DNA of 64,000 bases from Balanoglossus misakiensis (taxonomy: Eukaryota; Animalia; Hemichordata). The notes under the pieces are model-generated. The model made no database searches. It was not told where the DNA came from and worked only from the letters and a program-made list of their open reading frames with translations. Each line of letters opens with the position of its first letter. The stretch's first letter is position 1. The DNA lies in contig CM082598.2 of assembly GCA_040954595.2 (NCBI GenBank), positions 3,836,507 through 3,900,506 of the forward strand. Direction: 5' to 3'. Made by a program: the position numbers and the translations under genes. Below are positions 29,201 to 41,060 of this stretch, piece after piece.

Positions 29201-32200
29201 GATTTTATTAGGCTCTAGGGGAGGGCACAGGAATTGAAACTTTCACACAGTTACTAGTTTAAGATCATTTACACACGAGATGAGATGACGAAGGTAATGT
29301 TTCATCTTGGCTGTGTTATATTCTCTGTACTCGGCGCTCAAATTTAACTTTTTATCCCCGTACACCGTTAACTTTAGTAGCAGGGCTGTATTAAGTGTAC
29401 ATTCCAATACACAGAGATTCCCATAGAGGTTCATTTATACTAGAAGTGGTGTTAATACCCATGTATCATACAGGTCACCATTGACGTCAATCCGAAATAC
29501 AGACAGGGACAAACTTGTTTGACATTATTTGGGCAATTATTTTTAAACGTTGGGCGTTGTATTCGCTGGCCATCATGAGACACCAATCATTCGAGTTCTA
29601 TTTTACCATGCATATACATTGTTAAGTGTAAAAGCTAAAGCATAAAATGCTCAAAATTATTACAACAGATTCAGTAAGCTAAAAAATGGATGGTGTTCCA
29701 TGCATATAGGTATATATATCATGGATTCTGTATATTTTTGTATAGCATAGACAAGGATTCTGTTTTTTTGTATCTTATGGAAATGGAATCTGTGTATTTT
29801 TTGTATCACATTGATATTAATTACATTATGTATTTTTTGTATTGCATACACATGTATTCTGTGTATTTTTTTTGTATTGCATGGACATGGATTCTGTTGT
29901 ATTTTTTGTATGGCACACATGTATGTATGGATTCTGTGTATCTTTGTGTAACCCAGACATGGCTTCCGTGCATTTTCTTATCCACACAGACATGGATACT
30001 GACGGACTCTGCTACTCCAGCACCCCTCCGGAACACATGGGCTACACCATCAAGCAGGAACCACCCATGGAAGAGTACGAGACGGCGCTGAACCTCACCA
30101 GTCCCTCGCTGAGCGAACCCAAGATCCAGATGACCACCACGCCCATCTTCACCATGTCGCAACCCAAGCAGCGACTGCAGTACAGAGTGAAGCCCGAACA
30201 GATGGAGATGGAGTCTTCATTGCACGACCCAAGTAAGTTGATTGTCAGGATATAACATTGGCATAAACCCTCCATTATACCATGATAATCCAAACCCTCC
30301 ATTATACAATGATGGCCCAGACCCTACATTATACCATGATAATCCAAACCCTCCATTATACAATGATGGCCCAGACCCTCCATTATACCATGATAATCCA
30401 AACCTTCCATTATACCAGGTTGGCCCAGACCCTCCATTATTCCATGATAATCCAAACCCTCCATTATACAATGATGGCCCAGACCCTCCATTATTCCATG
30501 ATAATCCAAACCTTCCATTATACAATGATGGCCCAGACCCTCCATTATACCATGATAATCCAAACCCTCCATTATACCAGGTTGGCCCAGACCCTCCATT
30601 ATACCAGGTTGGCCAAAATACCCCTCATTATACATGATGATCAAAACTCTCCTCTATACCTTCCATGTTGGCTCGATCCCTCCATTATATACCGTATTGG
30701 ACCAGTCATCCTCTGATATTAACAATATATTAAGCCAAACCTTATACAGTCTATGATGAATCCACTCATAGTAATCTGTTATCAGGTACGTATTGTCGAG
30801 ATATACCTTCCTTACTCCAATACAAAGTCATGGGGTAGGTAGAGGCAGTTACAGCCCACAGATCTTAAGCTAAGCTATTCTTTGATCATTTGTCTCCTCA
30901 AATGGCTTGTTCAGTCATTAAACTCTTCCTCGTTTGCTAACAACTGATAATGTTCTGATGCCATTGCTGTTTCTCCAAGCAGTGCTGAGATACGTTGAAG
31001 GGTTTACTTTGAAACGGGGGATTACGCATTGATGGTATCTGAGTATCAAATACCACTTATCGTAGCTATTCCGAATGCTCATTCTCCAGTTATAAGTCAT
31101 CACATCCTCTGTAGTTAATATGAATTCTTGCACTAATCGTGCCTTGGACAGGTAAGGTGTTGATTTGGGTTAGTGCGACCTACTGTATCGTTTTTGTGTT
31201 GGGCTGGATAATTCTCAAGTACTGTTTTCTGTTATAAGCAAACAATATCACCTTTAGTTTGTTGGTAAATTTCCCAAAACCTCAATAAACTCTTTCCCAT
31301 AGATTTTATGATAATTTACAAGACACCACTCACTTGGGTAATTCACATCGACGACAGCGTCACCTAGAGAAACACCTTCCAGCTGAAACTAAACCAAACA
31401 CGGGTTGTATAATAAGTGACTATTAAATACACTTAACGAAGTTGTTGTTTTTACCGGAGTTGTCGACACGTCATGAGTACCAACGGTAATACTATATCAA
31501 TTGATACTTCACGTTTGAGGAGGCGTGCTGGACACTTGGGAGAGGATAGGGTACGAGGACCTGACCGACTGATGTCTGTAGTCAATTGCCCGTCTGTAGA
31601 TTAGGAATTCTGATAAGACGTGGATGGTTCGTGGATTTTTTTTAGATTATTGCAAAGATGAAGACTAAACGAATCTGAATATCCTGGATTAAGTGAAAAT
31701 ATTGTTCCCCCTTCAGCATCGTATTAAAGACAAACAATAAATGACAAAAAGATTCATACTTAAAGTTGAAACACCTGATATGAAATTGATGAAATAATTT
31801 GATAATTTGCTTTTCGGGTAGTTTGGGGAATATCCCTACAAGTTGTCATTAACAGTTTGAACACCAATGTAAACTTGTCATCGTTCAAAAAATAAACCTT
31901 TATGACATTTTGCACAGTTTCGTAAAAATTTTGATCAAAACCTGTAGATAATGTAGAACTATGTCCACTTGGTCCAAAACTAAAGAAAAAAGGAGAAAGA
32001 AATTTATAAAAAATGAGAAAATGTTCCACCAACATTTTGACAGGGAAAAATGTGGTGTCTAAAGTTATTTGTCGATTGCTGCAGGCGGTTAACATCTAGG
32101 ACAGCATAGAAGTTGGATGTAGAACTATAAGTTGTAGACGTGTGTCTAGGATGGCCAAGAGAAGCCACATCAGCTGTTTTTTTCAAGTGCTTGATTATCA

Positions 32201-35200
32201 AGATGAACGTGGTATTGGCGAGACGATCGAAATTCCCGGGAAGCCAGGCTGATGAGGTCAAAGCAATACCATCCATCACACTTCCACTTGACAGCAATAG
32301 GTGCTGCTACGTCCTTATCGCAAGTCCCAGCGCAGTATTCCAGGTGCATTGAATTGAACCCTAACTGATAGGCCACAAGTACTCTATCAATAAACACTTA
32401 GTCGGATCGCCGAAAGGTGACGATGGTTTAGAGGGGGGAGCAAACACAGAGGCATCGCCGTCGAGTGGGGCTACATAATGGAGTCCATAAAAAGTTGAAA
32501 GATCACTGGATTGGAAAATTCATTTTAATAAATCTGTCAACTTTTGCGAGTGGGCTCCTCATCATCTTCCTGCTGCGTTCAGGCGGTCGGATTATGGTAC
32601 TTCAAAAAGTACATTTCTTTTATGAGGCCACGCTGGTTTTGATGTACTTCTGTATGTGTGATATCTTGAGAGCCGTGCGCAGGTGTATTTCCCAGCTACT
32701 GGATCAATCATACTTATTTCATAATTAATAGTTTTATCTAGACAAGGAGGATTAGGGTCTCGCGGTGCGGCTAAATATGATCCAGCAATCTGTGCAGCTG
32801 GATGTTTAAATTAAGACGCCGTTTGTTTGGTTTGCGGTCTCGGTAGAATAGTTCTGAAGCGAGAAGTTTTGAGTCTTGCGTTTATCTTGTGACAGGCAAC
32901 GGACACTTGGGCCGTCTAGCACCATCTGCACAGGTATCTAAGAGATAATGTTCGCACATTAAACTTCAGTGTTGAGCCTTGAGTTACGAGCATTGTGTCT
33001 GTAAGTATTGCATGATACTCTTGCAATTGCATACATGGCAGAACCAATGTCAACAGTCCTTCATATTCTTGTTCTGCCACCTGCATTTTCTCATCATTAT
33101 TCAGTTATTTTAATTCTAGCATTTCAAAACAATGCATTGTGCCTTCTTTCGATATAGTATACATCACTAAACTTTTATGAAAGTATGTGCTAAGATATAG
33201 TAATTTTACTGCAGCACATTGCCAGAGTTTTTGACAAATTACTGAGTGGTTTTTCCCTCTACAATAACTCACAGCAGAGTAGTTCAAAGTATTAACATAT
33301 GTAGAAGTACTCTCACAAAAACCATTCAGTTCAAGATATATTGACCCTTCAAGGATAGAAAAGGAGGCTCTTGTTAAAAGTAGCTTAGAGTGAAATTGCT
33401 AATCTGTGGTCAGCTGCTCCATAGTTTAGTATCTAGTCGTATTTTGTCCACTTTGCTTCCAAAACTAACAAGCAAAGTGAACAAAATACGACTAGATACT
33501 AGACTAGCGGACAAAATACGACTAGATATTAGACCAGCGGACAAAATACGACTAGGTACTAGACTAGCTGTTCCATATCTTTCGTCTTTTTCATACAAAT
33601 AAAAAAGGGTAACGCACACTTGTGCTTTCAGAAGAGGCGAGAAAAAAATGTAGAGCATATTGCATCATACAGTTTTTTAAAAACCAGCGGTACTTATATT
33701 TCATGTTAGGAACACCCGTGGGAATATAGTCTGCAGCATAAAGTGGAATTATAGCACGACCATGAAAATGAATCTAACTATTAAAACTTTAAAACAAACG
33801 TTTTCACTAAACGTTGCAGGCTCCTCAAATTTGCGAGAAAGTAGGGGAATGTTAGTCACGTTTTGTAGATATAGACCTTTCTGACACTGGATTTTATAGT
33901 ATGGCAATATTTGTAATTCACGTTGTTCTGGGAATACTCGTGCATCTAGTCTTGGGGTGTTAGTAGGTCAAAGGTTAAAGCGATGAAAGACCAAGGCCAT
34001 GCTGGCTTCCAGCTGTGTGGTACCAGCTACCACACACTGTGAACACCAACTTGTCATCTTCTAAGAAAATGATCTGATCCCTCTTGTGTTGCTAGGAAGG
34101 TGACTTTAATACTACATTACTATTAATATCATTTACAAATGGTATATAGTTTCAATACTGTTAGTATAGAAGTAATTGTAAGAGAAATATGAATGAAAAG
34201 TTTCTGCGTTCTGGGAGTTCATGATATGTAAACACCCAGGGGGATATGATAAGACCCCTCAAGACGGTTTAGAGCTGGGCTGGGCTGTTTCACTTTTCAC
34301 CACAATCGGCCCATTAACAGCAAGGGGATACGAGAGGTGACAGATACATACCGGTTGGATTTGGATTTGGCAAGGCTCTTGTCTGTAAACCAATACGGCA
34401 CACCTCTGATGCAAGCGTGTCTTTGAATTTAATATGACATACCACCACTGCAGTATATACTCTCTAGATATATGTATAGCACACCATGCGCTCAGCACAG
34501 TGTGTATTCGAAGCCAATTATGGACACAACTGATGGAAGTGTGCCCTCTAAGCCAATATACGACACATCTCTGATACAAGCGCACTTTGAAGCTATTATA
34601 CAACTATACGACCTGTTGATCATCTCAGATTTATTAAGAAATTTTAGATTCTCAGTTTAACACGGGGAAAAAGTGATGCCATTTCATAAATATTGTTTAC
34701 AATTGACTTTACGAGGGAGAACTTTTTCATGTTTCATGAAGTGAAATCATACAATTTCACAAGTAGTGTTTATTGGCGATTATGCTATTAAGAACTGTTT
34801 CACATTTCCTGAAATGAACTCTGTATTTTTTTCTTCCTTTTTTGTGACAGCAATGGAACAACTGCAGATGCCCCCCACCCCACCAAGCAGCACTCCAAGT
34901 GACAGCGAAGGAGGCTCCAGTCCTCACCGTTCCTCCGAACCCGGCAGTCCCCCAGCTCTGCTCGCCAAGAAGACCACTATGACCATGCCTCAACCCATGC
35001 ACTCTCAGACGCTTGTACAGCCCACGGCACAGATGCAACGACAAGATGATGATCACGCGGCAGGACCCAAGATTGTACAACATCCTGTAATTACCACTCA
35101 AATTAATCAGGTAGGGTGATGGTCTGGATGCACAGTACACATCAAGTTAGCCTAGTACCTTGCCGTATTTTGTCCGATCAGCTTCCAAAACTAACGCCTA

Positions 35201-38200
35201 GCCTCACTCATGCCACTGGCCCAATAAAACCCCATATCCCTTGCTGGCAATTGTGATGTAACTAGTGTCCCCTTGAAGTCACATAAACTGAACAATTAAA
35301 AATGTTACCCATCCTTAATTACACATATGTATATCCTTTGTCCAATCATTATATATTCTTTCAGCAGAAAATACCGGCATCTGGGCAGCTGATTTTATCT
35401 GAAGAAGAGAAACGCACACTGGTTCAAGAAGGTTACCCCATTCCCACTAAGCTTCCATTGACCAAGGCAGAAGAAAAATCCCTCAAGAAAGTCAGACGAA
35501 AGATCAAAAATAAGGTGTGTGATTTTGTTCATTGTCAGGGCCTTAGAGAATCCTTATACATGGGTATAACATTTGAAAACCAAAATGGCGTTCAGAAAAA
35601 TGCACTATGTGTTGCCAAAGCAACCACTACACAACAGTCTTTGCTGAAATCTTCTCGACCAAACTATTTGCTGGATTACGTGTCCTAGGTAGCAAATTCT
35701 AGTGTTTAAACACAATGTACACAAAGTGACCATACTGTGAATCTTTTCAGATTTCTGCACAGGAGAGCAGAAGGAAAAAGAAAGAGTATGTTGACTGTTT
35801 GGAAAAAAGGTAAGTGTCTTATTTAAGTGATGGGTGATAATTTTATCAAGTAGTGTCCAAAATAATGAGCTTTGGATCATGTTATGATATTCCAGATGTA
35901 TTAACCTGAATGCTACTGGGTGTCATACTTGTTTAGAGTTTCATATTTGCAATTTTTTTCTTCTAAAACGTATTTTGACTGTCTTGACTTGGCTCTCATA
36001 CATACTTAGACCCACTTGGCAGTCTGAGCTCCCTGTAAAATGTACCAAATCACACTGTTTTGCACTGTATTGGTCTGAGGGTCTTGTGTAGGCCCTACTG
36101 ATTAACACACACTTGGCAGTCTAACGGGCCTGGGAGCCAGGATTCTAGGCACCCTGGAAATCAAACCAGTTTCAACCGACTTGGCAGCGTTAGGGTTAAA
36201 GTTACAGCGGTGTTTGTATCATTTCAAACAAATCTGCTTTTGTCCCCCCAGAGTCGAGAACTACAGCCACGACAACAGTGAACTAAGAAAGAAATTAGAA
36301 TCCTTGGAGAACACCAACAAGACTTTGCTCGGCCAACTGCATCAGTTGCAAGCACTAGTCAACAAGGCTTCCCGCCCAATCAAGGCTACCTCCACTCAGA
36401 CTGGTACCTGTCTTATGGTAAGTCCTTCTGTCTGTTGAGTTACAGTCCTTTGTGTGAAAGCTGTGGCAATCATAGGTATACCCTAGTGCATTGTGATGGT
36501 CAATGTGTGTTAATTCCAAGTCTATGATTGCCACAGTTCAGTGCAAAGGATGTATCCACTATCTACCTGGTCTTTTCCCATAGCATGCTCCCACTTTCCT
36601 CCATGCATTGCCTTAACCCCTTACACCACCATGGTTCAGTCCAAATCCATTGTTTTTTATGGTAAGGTTGGACCGCTAAAGAGGGAACTGGGGGTGAAAG
36701 GATTAAATGAGGGGTGGGGGGGCAGACATCACAACAAAGATGTAAAGCAGAAACATTTAAACATCTTTGCTATATTTGCTGGTGATTCAAAATAAAATTC
36801 CAGATTGTCCTGGCACTTTCATAGCAAGACTGTATATGGACATTTTACTGCAAGTGCAAAATACATTCTCATACTTTCTGTAAGAGAAAACCCTGACCTG
36901 AATTGGGGGCCAACTGAGTTGGGATGTAGGCTTGGGATATAAAGTGGGAACATAATAGACACCTGCATGTACAATGCTAGAAGATTGTTCTCTTGTTTTA
37001 TGTAATGGTTCAAACTGTGTTTTTACGGTTATTGGCTTTGCATAGAATGTAGTGGCCAGCATGTGATAGGTACAAAGACCAGCGTAGAAGTGATAATGTT
37101 GTCATTCATGTGTATGTATGGCAACATTTCAAAGTCAAGTCATTTCTCTTCCCTCTGTGTTAAAGACATAGCCTTGGGAAACACACAGCATGAAATAGTC
37201 ACTGGTCACACGTTTTAACATTGATCTTGGGAGACTTATGCAAATTTCACAAGCAGTTGGCTCGTTACCTTGGAGATGGATGATAAACATTTGTGTAAAA
37301 TGTCCATCATTGTTTGGCATCACTGCTACACTTGTGTTTGCGTTAAAAATATGGTAAATACTGAATGCAACAATGATGTTAAAATATGCACGATAATCCA
37401 AGAACAGTGATAAAAATGTGACCAAGCTGACAATTGTGTATGCAGACATAAAGGCAGTCTTTTACATCCCAGGTAGGTATTCTACAGATTACAAAGCAAC
37501 AATGTAGTACCAGCTGGTGCTATTCTACCATACAATTCCTATCACCCCAAGCAATGCTGGAAATGTCTGATTTATAACACGTTTTTTCAAAATTCTCACT
37601 TCAGTTTGGAATTAAACTTGCCTGCCAAGGTTCATGTTCATTCGCATTTAATTTTAACAATGCAACACAGTATGGCATAATACATCTTACAACAGACATC
37701 ATTTTAGTGCGTAACATTAACAAACAAGAAAACTGACAAAATCAAATGCTGTAGTTGTACCATTGGGATTTTAAACACAGTCATCAAACGTTGCCCTTTG
37801 AACCCATATCTGATGTGGCAGATGCAGCATTCAAGAAGCATGTCTAGTATTGGGTAGATATTTATGTAAGGCAGCTCCCGATTGGTTGAACCGTTGAGCC
37901 AGCCAATCAGATACATACTTCTTGAATTGCTAGGGTTGCAGGGTTTCATGGTAGTAAGTAAGCAAGCTAACAGAGGAATTCTGTGCAGCTCATCAACTTG
38001 GTCAAGACATTTTAGTTTTGCTTTTTGCAGCTTACTAAGTTGTCATGCCTGCAAAATTTCTGCTTTCCATCTCGTGTATTTTTGTCTTCAAATAATTCAT
38101 AATTCATACTTCAGCATGCTTGTAATCGAAGGTGGTGGGAATTTAGAAATTACTGCATACCCTGTCAACCTACTAGATTCCAAAATTAGATTTATTCTGA

Positions 38201-41060
38201 CCAGGGTTGACAGAGTGAAAGAAAAATTGCATGTCTTTACGTTTTCATTTTTATTTTGCTTTACGATCTTATTGCTGGATTTTTCTTTTAACTTTGATCA
38301 AATTGCCCTTTGTGTTTAGTATGGATTACGTACAGGCCGTCGGAGGTGACAGACTCAAGAGAAACCACATAACCTGTATTTTTAGGATTTAAGACGCAGG
38401 CGTCAAAGGTGCAGTATAAAGCGGATATTCCCACCACTTTTTTTTTTCAAAATCAAAAAAAGTCATAGCAGTTAGTAATGAATTACGTTAGTAGTGAATT
38501 CACAATAAAATGTACCCAAACAACCAGAATTCTGTCTGGTTATAAATTTTTGAAATTAAAAAATTTCCATCGTAAAATGTATCCATTTACGTCAAGACTT
38601 TTGAAAAGTCCACCTGACAATACATTTTAGATATCTTGCTTTACTTTTTGTCTGCAACTCTTTCTCACTTTTTCAAACAAAAAAATGTTTGATTTGACAG
38701 TCTTCAAACCTGTAATGTAACTGCATGACTTTTTCTGCTTACATAGACTGTATACTTCACTGCTTGCATAGACCATGTTGCCAGTAGCAACAGCTTTGTA
38801 TGCAGATTTTTATGAAGAATGGGTGGTACATGTATAATTGGTTTTACAAGTTCACAGATTATTATTAAATGCTTAATTTCTGCCAAAGGTACATATTGAA
38901 CGGAAATCTAAATAAAAAGCTAGTGTACCCTAGGTGTAGATAGTAAGTCTGGCCGAGGTTTGGAGCTTTAACCCTTTCACCCCCAGTTCCCTCTTTAGAG
39001 GGTCCAACTTTACCATAGAAAACAATGGATTTGGACTAAACCATGGTGGTGAAAGGGTTAAACTAGGGAACTGTTAGCTGGCCATCTCACCCGCTTGATT
39101 GATAGCTGATTGGTTTGAGTTGGTTAGGGAATCAGCCTGTCTTGCCATTCAGAGTAACTGGCACATCAGTTTTGTCTGGTTGGGTAACAGTTTGCATTCA
39201 TGATGACTGTTTGCTATTTTGCCAGAGAACTAGCTGGTAGGTTAAATTGGCTGGCTTGTTGTTTGGCTGTGGTGAGATATTTTGGCTGATATCAAGATGG
39301 CTTGCTTGCTGGTTGACTGGGGTGCTAGCAGGTATCAAAAACATCACCAGCTGGTTGGCAAGTTAGCTGTCTGGTGAACTGGCTTGGTTGGCTTACTGGT
39401 TGACCATCAAAATGGCCATTTTGACTGGCTGGGTTGTTTGCTAGGTATTACATGAATTAAGCCATGTTCTGATTGACTTGTTGGGTTGTTAGCTAGTTTG
39501 CTAGAGTAGCTGGTTGGTGAAAATAGATTTCTATAATGGTGGGTTGATGATTGTCTGGGTAAGTAGCTAGCTAGCCGACAATTGGTTGCTATTTTGCCAG
39601 TTGAATTGGCTACTGGTTGGTTGCTCAGGTCAGTTAAATAAAAACCACCAGAAAATAGGGTTAATTTCTCTACTGGGTATGTGTGTAACTTTAAATACAG
39701 TCAAGCCTGTGTTAGTGGCCACCTCTACCGTATATAGCGACCACTTTGTTACAGTTCCTATGCAATTCACATGTACATTGATTGACCTGTATATAAGGGA
39801 CATCTGTTTATAAAGGCCAGTTTAGTAAATTTAAGTCCCTTGACTGGCCACTATAGACAGGTTTGACTATCGGTAAAATCAGTTTTGGACAATCCCAGTC
39901 ATCTCTAACCAGCAGCTGTTTATATGGGTCTATGAATAACACAAATTTGATACATGTGCAATGTCTAATAACTTGCTTTCTTTTTTTGTTGTTTTGCAGA
40001 TGGTAGTATTATGTTTTGCTCTGTTTCTGGGAAGCTGGTCTCCCACGCCCACTACTGATTCTTCAAGCTACACAAAAATGCCCCAGCAAAGTGTGGGCTA
40101 CCCCTACTCACCTGATTACTACGATGACAAACCCTATGGTCCCAAACCAGCCAGCGCTGCCTACGATCCATACTCCACTCCAAATAGTAAGTCTAATACT
40201 GACAATCCTATGTGACGTATTAATCCTATGTGACGTATTACACCCTTTGCAAATCTGGTGACCAAGACATGTTTGGGCCGTTGATCTTGTATCATGTGTA
40301 TGTAACCCACAAACAGTGGTGAAAAAAATATTTCCGGGATGTGCACTTGTTTCCATGTCTTTTACAAAAAAACAGAGGGGTAGTTCAGAAGAGAAATTAT
40401 CAAATACATGTATTGCACTTCTAGTATACATTGTACACTCATTAGTTAGATACAGTCAAACCTGTGTTAGTGGCCACCTCTATATAGCAGTCACATCTAT
40501 ATGTAGGCCACTTTATTGCAGTCCCTGTGCAATTTACATGTACATTAATTGATCTTCCCTGTGCAATTTACATGTAATTGATCTGTCTATAAAGGCCACC
40601 TGTCTATAAAGGCCAGTTTAGGAAAGTCCCTTGACTGGCCACGGGTACCATCTTGTGGGAAATACTCAAGTTTTGTTGTTTATTTTCAGTGCGGTCTTCC
40701 AGAGTTTTGATGTCAGTTGCCGAGGATAATTACGCGGAGTCTCAGTACCTTTACATGTCCAAGCTTGACACCTTGGGGAAGAACATCGAAGACAACGGAA
40801 CCGAGAAATCCGAGGACAACGTTGAACCACTAGTGCCTTCTCTGCAGAAAGATGGAATCGTGGCTATGGAAACCAACATCACTCACAAAGCCATGATTCT
40901 GGGAAACTCTGTGTCTGGCAACGCAAGCAAAATCAACACTGAGATTGTGGCGGATATGACCGAGTACCAAGCCATCATGCATCCCGATATCGCCACGGAA
41001 ATTCAGGGGAAATTCGTTGCCATGGAGTCGTTAAGAACAAATAACACTTCAAGCAAATAA
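8187..41060 (+). CDS. CREB3L2: CREB3L1/CREB3L2 (OASIS/BBF2H7, CrebA-related) ER membrane-bound bZIP transcription factor, whole gene, 9 coding exons, 575 aa
   Basis: join(8187..8279,27258..27456,29990..30232,34851..35110,35365..35514,35751..35809,36252..36417,40000..40186,40690..41060) = 1728 nt, all GT-AG, phases consistent. Motifs: [25 protein letters not shown] domain [26 protein letters not shown], b[50 protein letters not shown], luminal RSSRVL. L1 versus L2 orthology cannot be resolved by eye. Confidence 0.95.
11891..11980 (-). mobile_element. ~86-bp piggyBac-type MITE copy (diverged)
   Basis: Reverse-complement match to 38972-39057. Confidence 0.6.
13121..13274. mobile_element. Tc1/mariner-type MITE (TA TSD)
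   Basis: TA-CAGTCAAACC...GGTTTGACTG-TA. Relatives at 39698-39869, 40453-40642 and 52507-52649, partial copies at ~17774 and ~52960-53075. Confidence 0.75.
16248..16593. mobile_element. Kolobok-type foldback MITE, ~135-bp TIRs
   Basis: TTAA-AGGGACA...TGTCCCT-TTAA with long imperfect inverted arms. Confidence 0.8.
17165..17349. mobile_element. Kolobok-type MITE
   Basis: TTAA-AGGTATACTGTCACCT...AGGTGACCGTATACCT-TTAA. Confidence 0.75.
18257..18316. repeat. (GAAT)n microsatellite
   Basis: Read directly from the sequence. Confidence 0.9.
18708..18756. repeat. (AAAC)n/(AC)n microsatellite
   Basis: Read directly from the sequence. Confidence 0.85.
20506..20535 (+). CDS. Putative alternative first coding exon of CREB3L ([10 protein letters not shown])
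   Basis: gggATGG start, exactly 10 codons, then a perfect GTAAGT donor in phase 0 matching exon 2. Preceded by a CpG-richer UTR-like stretch and a CRE at 20037. Confidence 0.5.
22910..22989. repeat. Small hairpin element family (core gcttccaaaactaac)
   Basis: agtctagtatctagc...gctggatactagact. Relatives at 33422-33568 (3' arm triplicated) and 35148-35196 (partial). Confidence 0.65.
23576..24380. mobile_element. PIF/Harbinger-type MITE, 805 bp
   Basis: TTA TSD, ~43-bp TIR GGCTGCATTCACAAACACCTCTGGAG(G)nCGGGAGAATT, internal direct repeats with C-runs. Confidence 0.85.
26620..26730 (+). promoter_or_regulatory. Putative internal promoter upstream of CREB3L exon 2
   Basis: Two ATTGG boxes (26627, 26659) and a TATATATA run (26717-26727), followed by UTR-like sequence leading to an in-frame ATG at 27225. 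Confidence 0.4.
27258..27456 (+). CDS. CREB3L2: CREB3L exon 2
   Basis: ttgcag acceptor, [23 protein letters not shown]...IQADHSYSL, donor GTAAGT. Confidence 0.93.
29700..30000 (+). repeat. Degenerate ~33-bp tandem repeat running into the CREB3L exon 3 acceptor
   Basis: Recurring acatggattctgtgtattttttgtat. Confidence 0.75.
29990..30232 (+). CDS. CREB3L2: CREB3L exon 3
   Basis: cacag acceptor, contains IKQEP, 243 nt phase 1-1, donor GTAAGT. Confidence 0.9.
30265..30690 (+). repeat. 27-bp minisatellite (two alternating variants, 54-bp higher-order period)
   Basis: accctccattataccatgataatccaa / accctccattatacaatgatggcccag, roughly 14-15 units. Confidence 0.92.
32050..32400 (-). mobile_element. 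Highly decayed CR1/L2-like LINE fragment (PHD-finger region)
   Basis: [10 protein letters not shown]...KCDGWY followed by STSNFYAVL resembles the PHD plus linker of CR1-group ORF2. Heavily degenerate. Confidence 0.35.
33422..33568. repeat. Hairpin element with three 30-bp tandem copies of its right arm
   Basis: (acaaaatacgactagatactagactagcgg) x3, inverted to 33422-33448. Confidence 0.75.
34851..35110 (+). CDS. CREB3L2: CREB3L exon 4
   Basis: Polypyrimidine tract plus acag, [19 protein letters not shown], donor GTAGGG. Confidence 0.93.
35365..35514 (+). CDS. CREB3L2: CREB3L exon 5 (ATB domain and start of basic region); NAGNAG acceptor, alternative start 35368
   Basis: [50 protein letters not shown]. 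Confidence 0.96.
35751..35809 (+). CDS. CREB3L2: CREB3L exon 6 (bZIP basic region)
   Basis: [19 protein letters not shown], ttttcag acceptor and GTAAGT donor. Confidence 0.96.
36252..36417 (+). CDS. CREB3L2: CREB3L exon 7 (leucine zipper to start of TM)
   Basis: [36 protein letters not shown]...TQTGTCLM. Confidence 0.96.
36613..36706 (-). mobile_element. ~86-bp piggyBac-type MITE copy
   Basis: TTAA-cccc...ggggtgaaagga-TTAA, reverse-complement match to 38972-39057. Confidence 0.7.
38972..39057 (+). mobile_element. 86-bp piggyBac-type MITE, best-preserved copy
   Basis: TTAA TSD on both sides, TIR CCCTTTCACC / GGTGAAAGGG. Confidence 0.8.
39070..39630. repeat. Degenerate (CTGG/TTGG)-rich low-complexity tract
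   Basis: Repeated gctgg/gttgg/ctag words with strong G+T strand bias. Confidence 0.55.
39698..39869. mobile_element. Tc1/mariner-type MITE copy
   Basis: cagtcaagcctgt...gacaggtttgacta. Confidence 0.7.
40000..40186 (+). CDS. CREB3L2: CREB3L exon 8 (transmembrane segment)
   Basis: [15 protein letters not shown]..., ttgcag acceptor and GTAAGT donor. Confidence 0.93.
40453..40642. mobile_element. Tc1/mariner-type MITE copy (truncated)
   Basis: cagtcaaacctgtgttagtggccacctct, with an internal duplication. Confidence 0.65.
40690..41060 (+). CDS. CREB3L2: CREB3L exon 9 (luminal domain, putative site-1 protease motif RVL, N-glycosylation sequons)
   Basis: ttttcag acceptor, MRSSRVLMS...NNTSSK then TAA. 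AATAAA signals downstream near 41942 and 42212. Confidence 0.9.

Noticed and set aside
30217-30716. Four overlapping 100-144 aa repetitive ORFs on both strands
   Set aside because: By-products of a 27-bp intronic minisatellite (period divisible by 3). No splice context.
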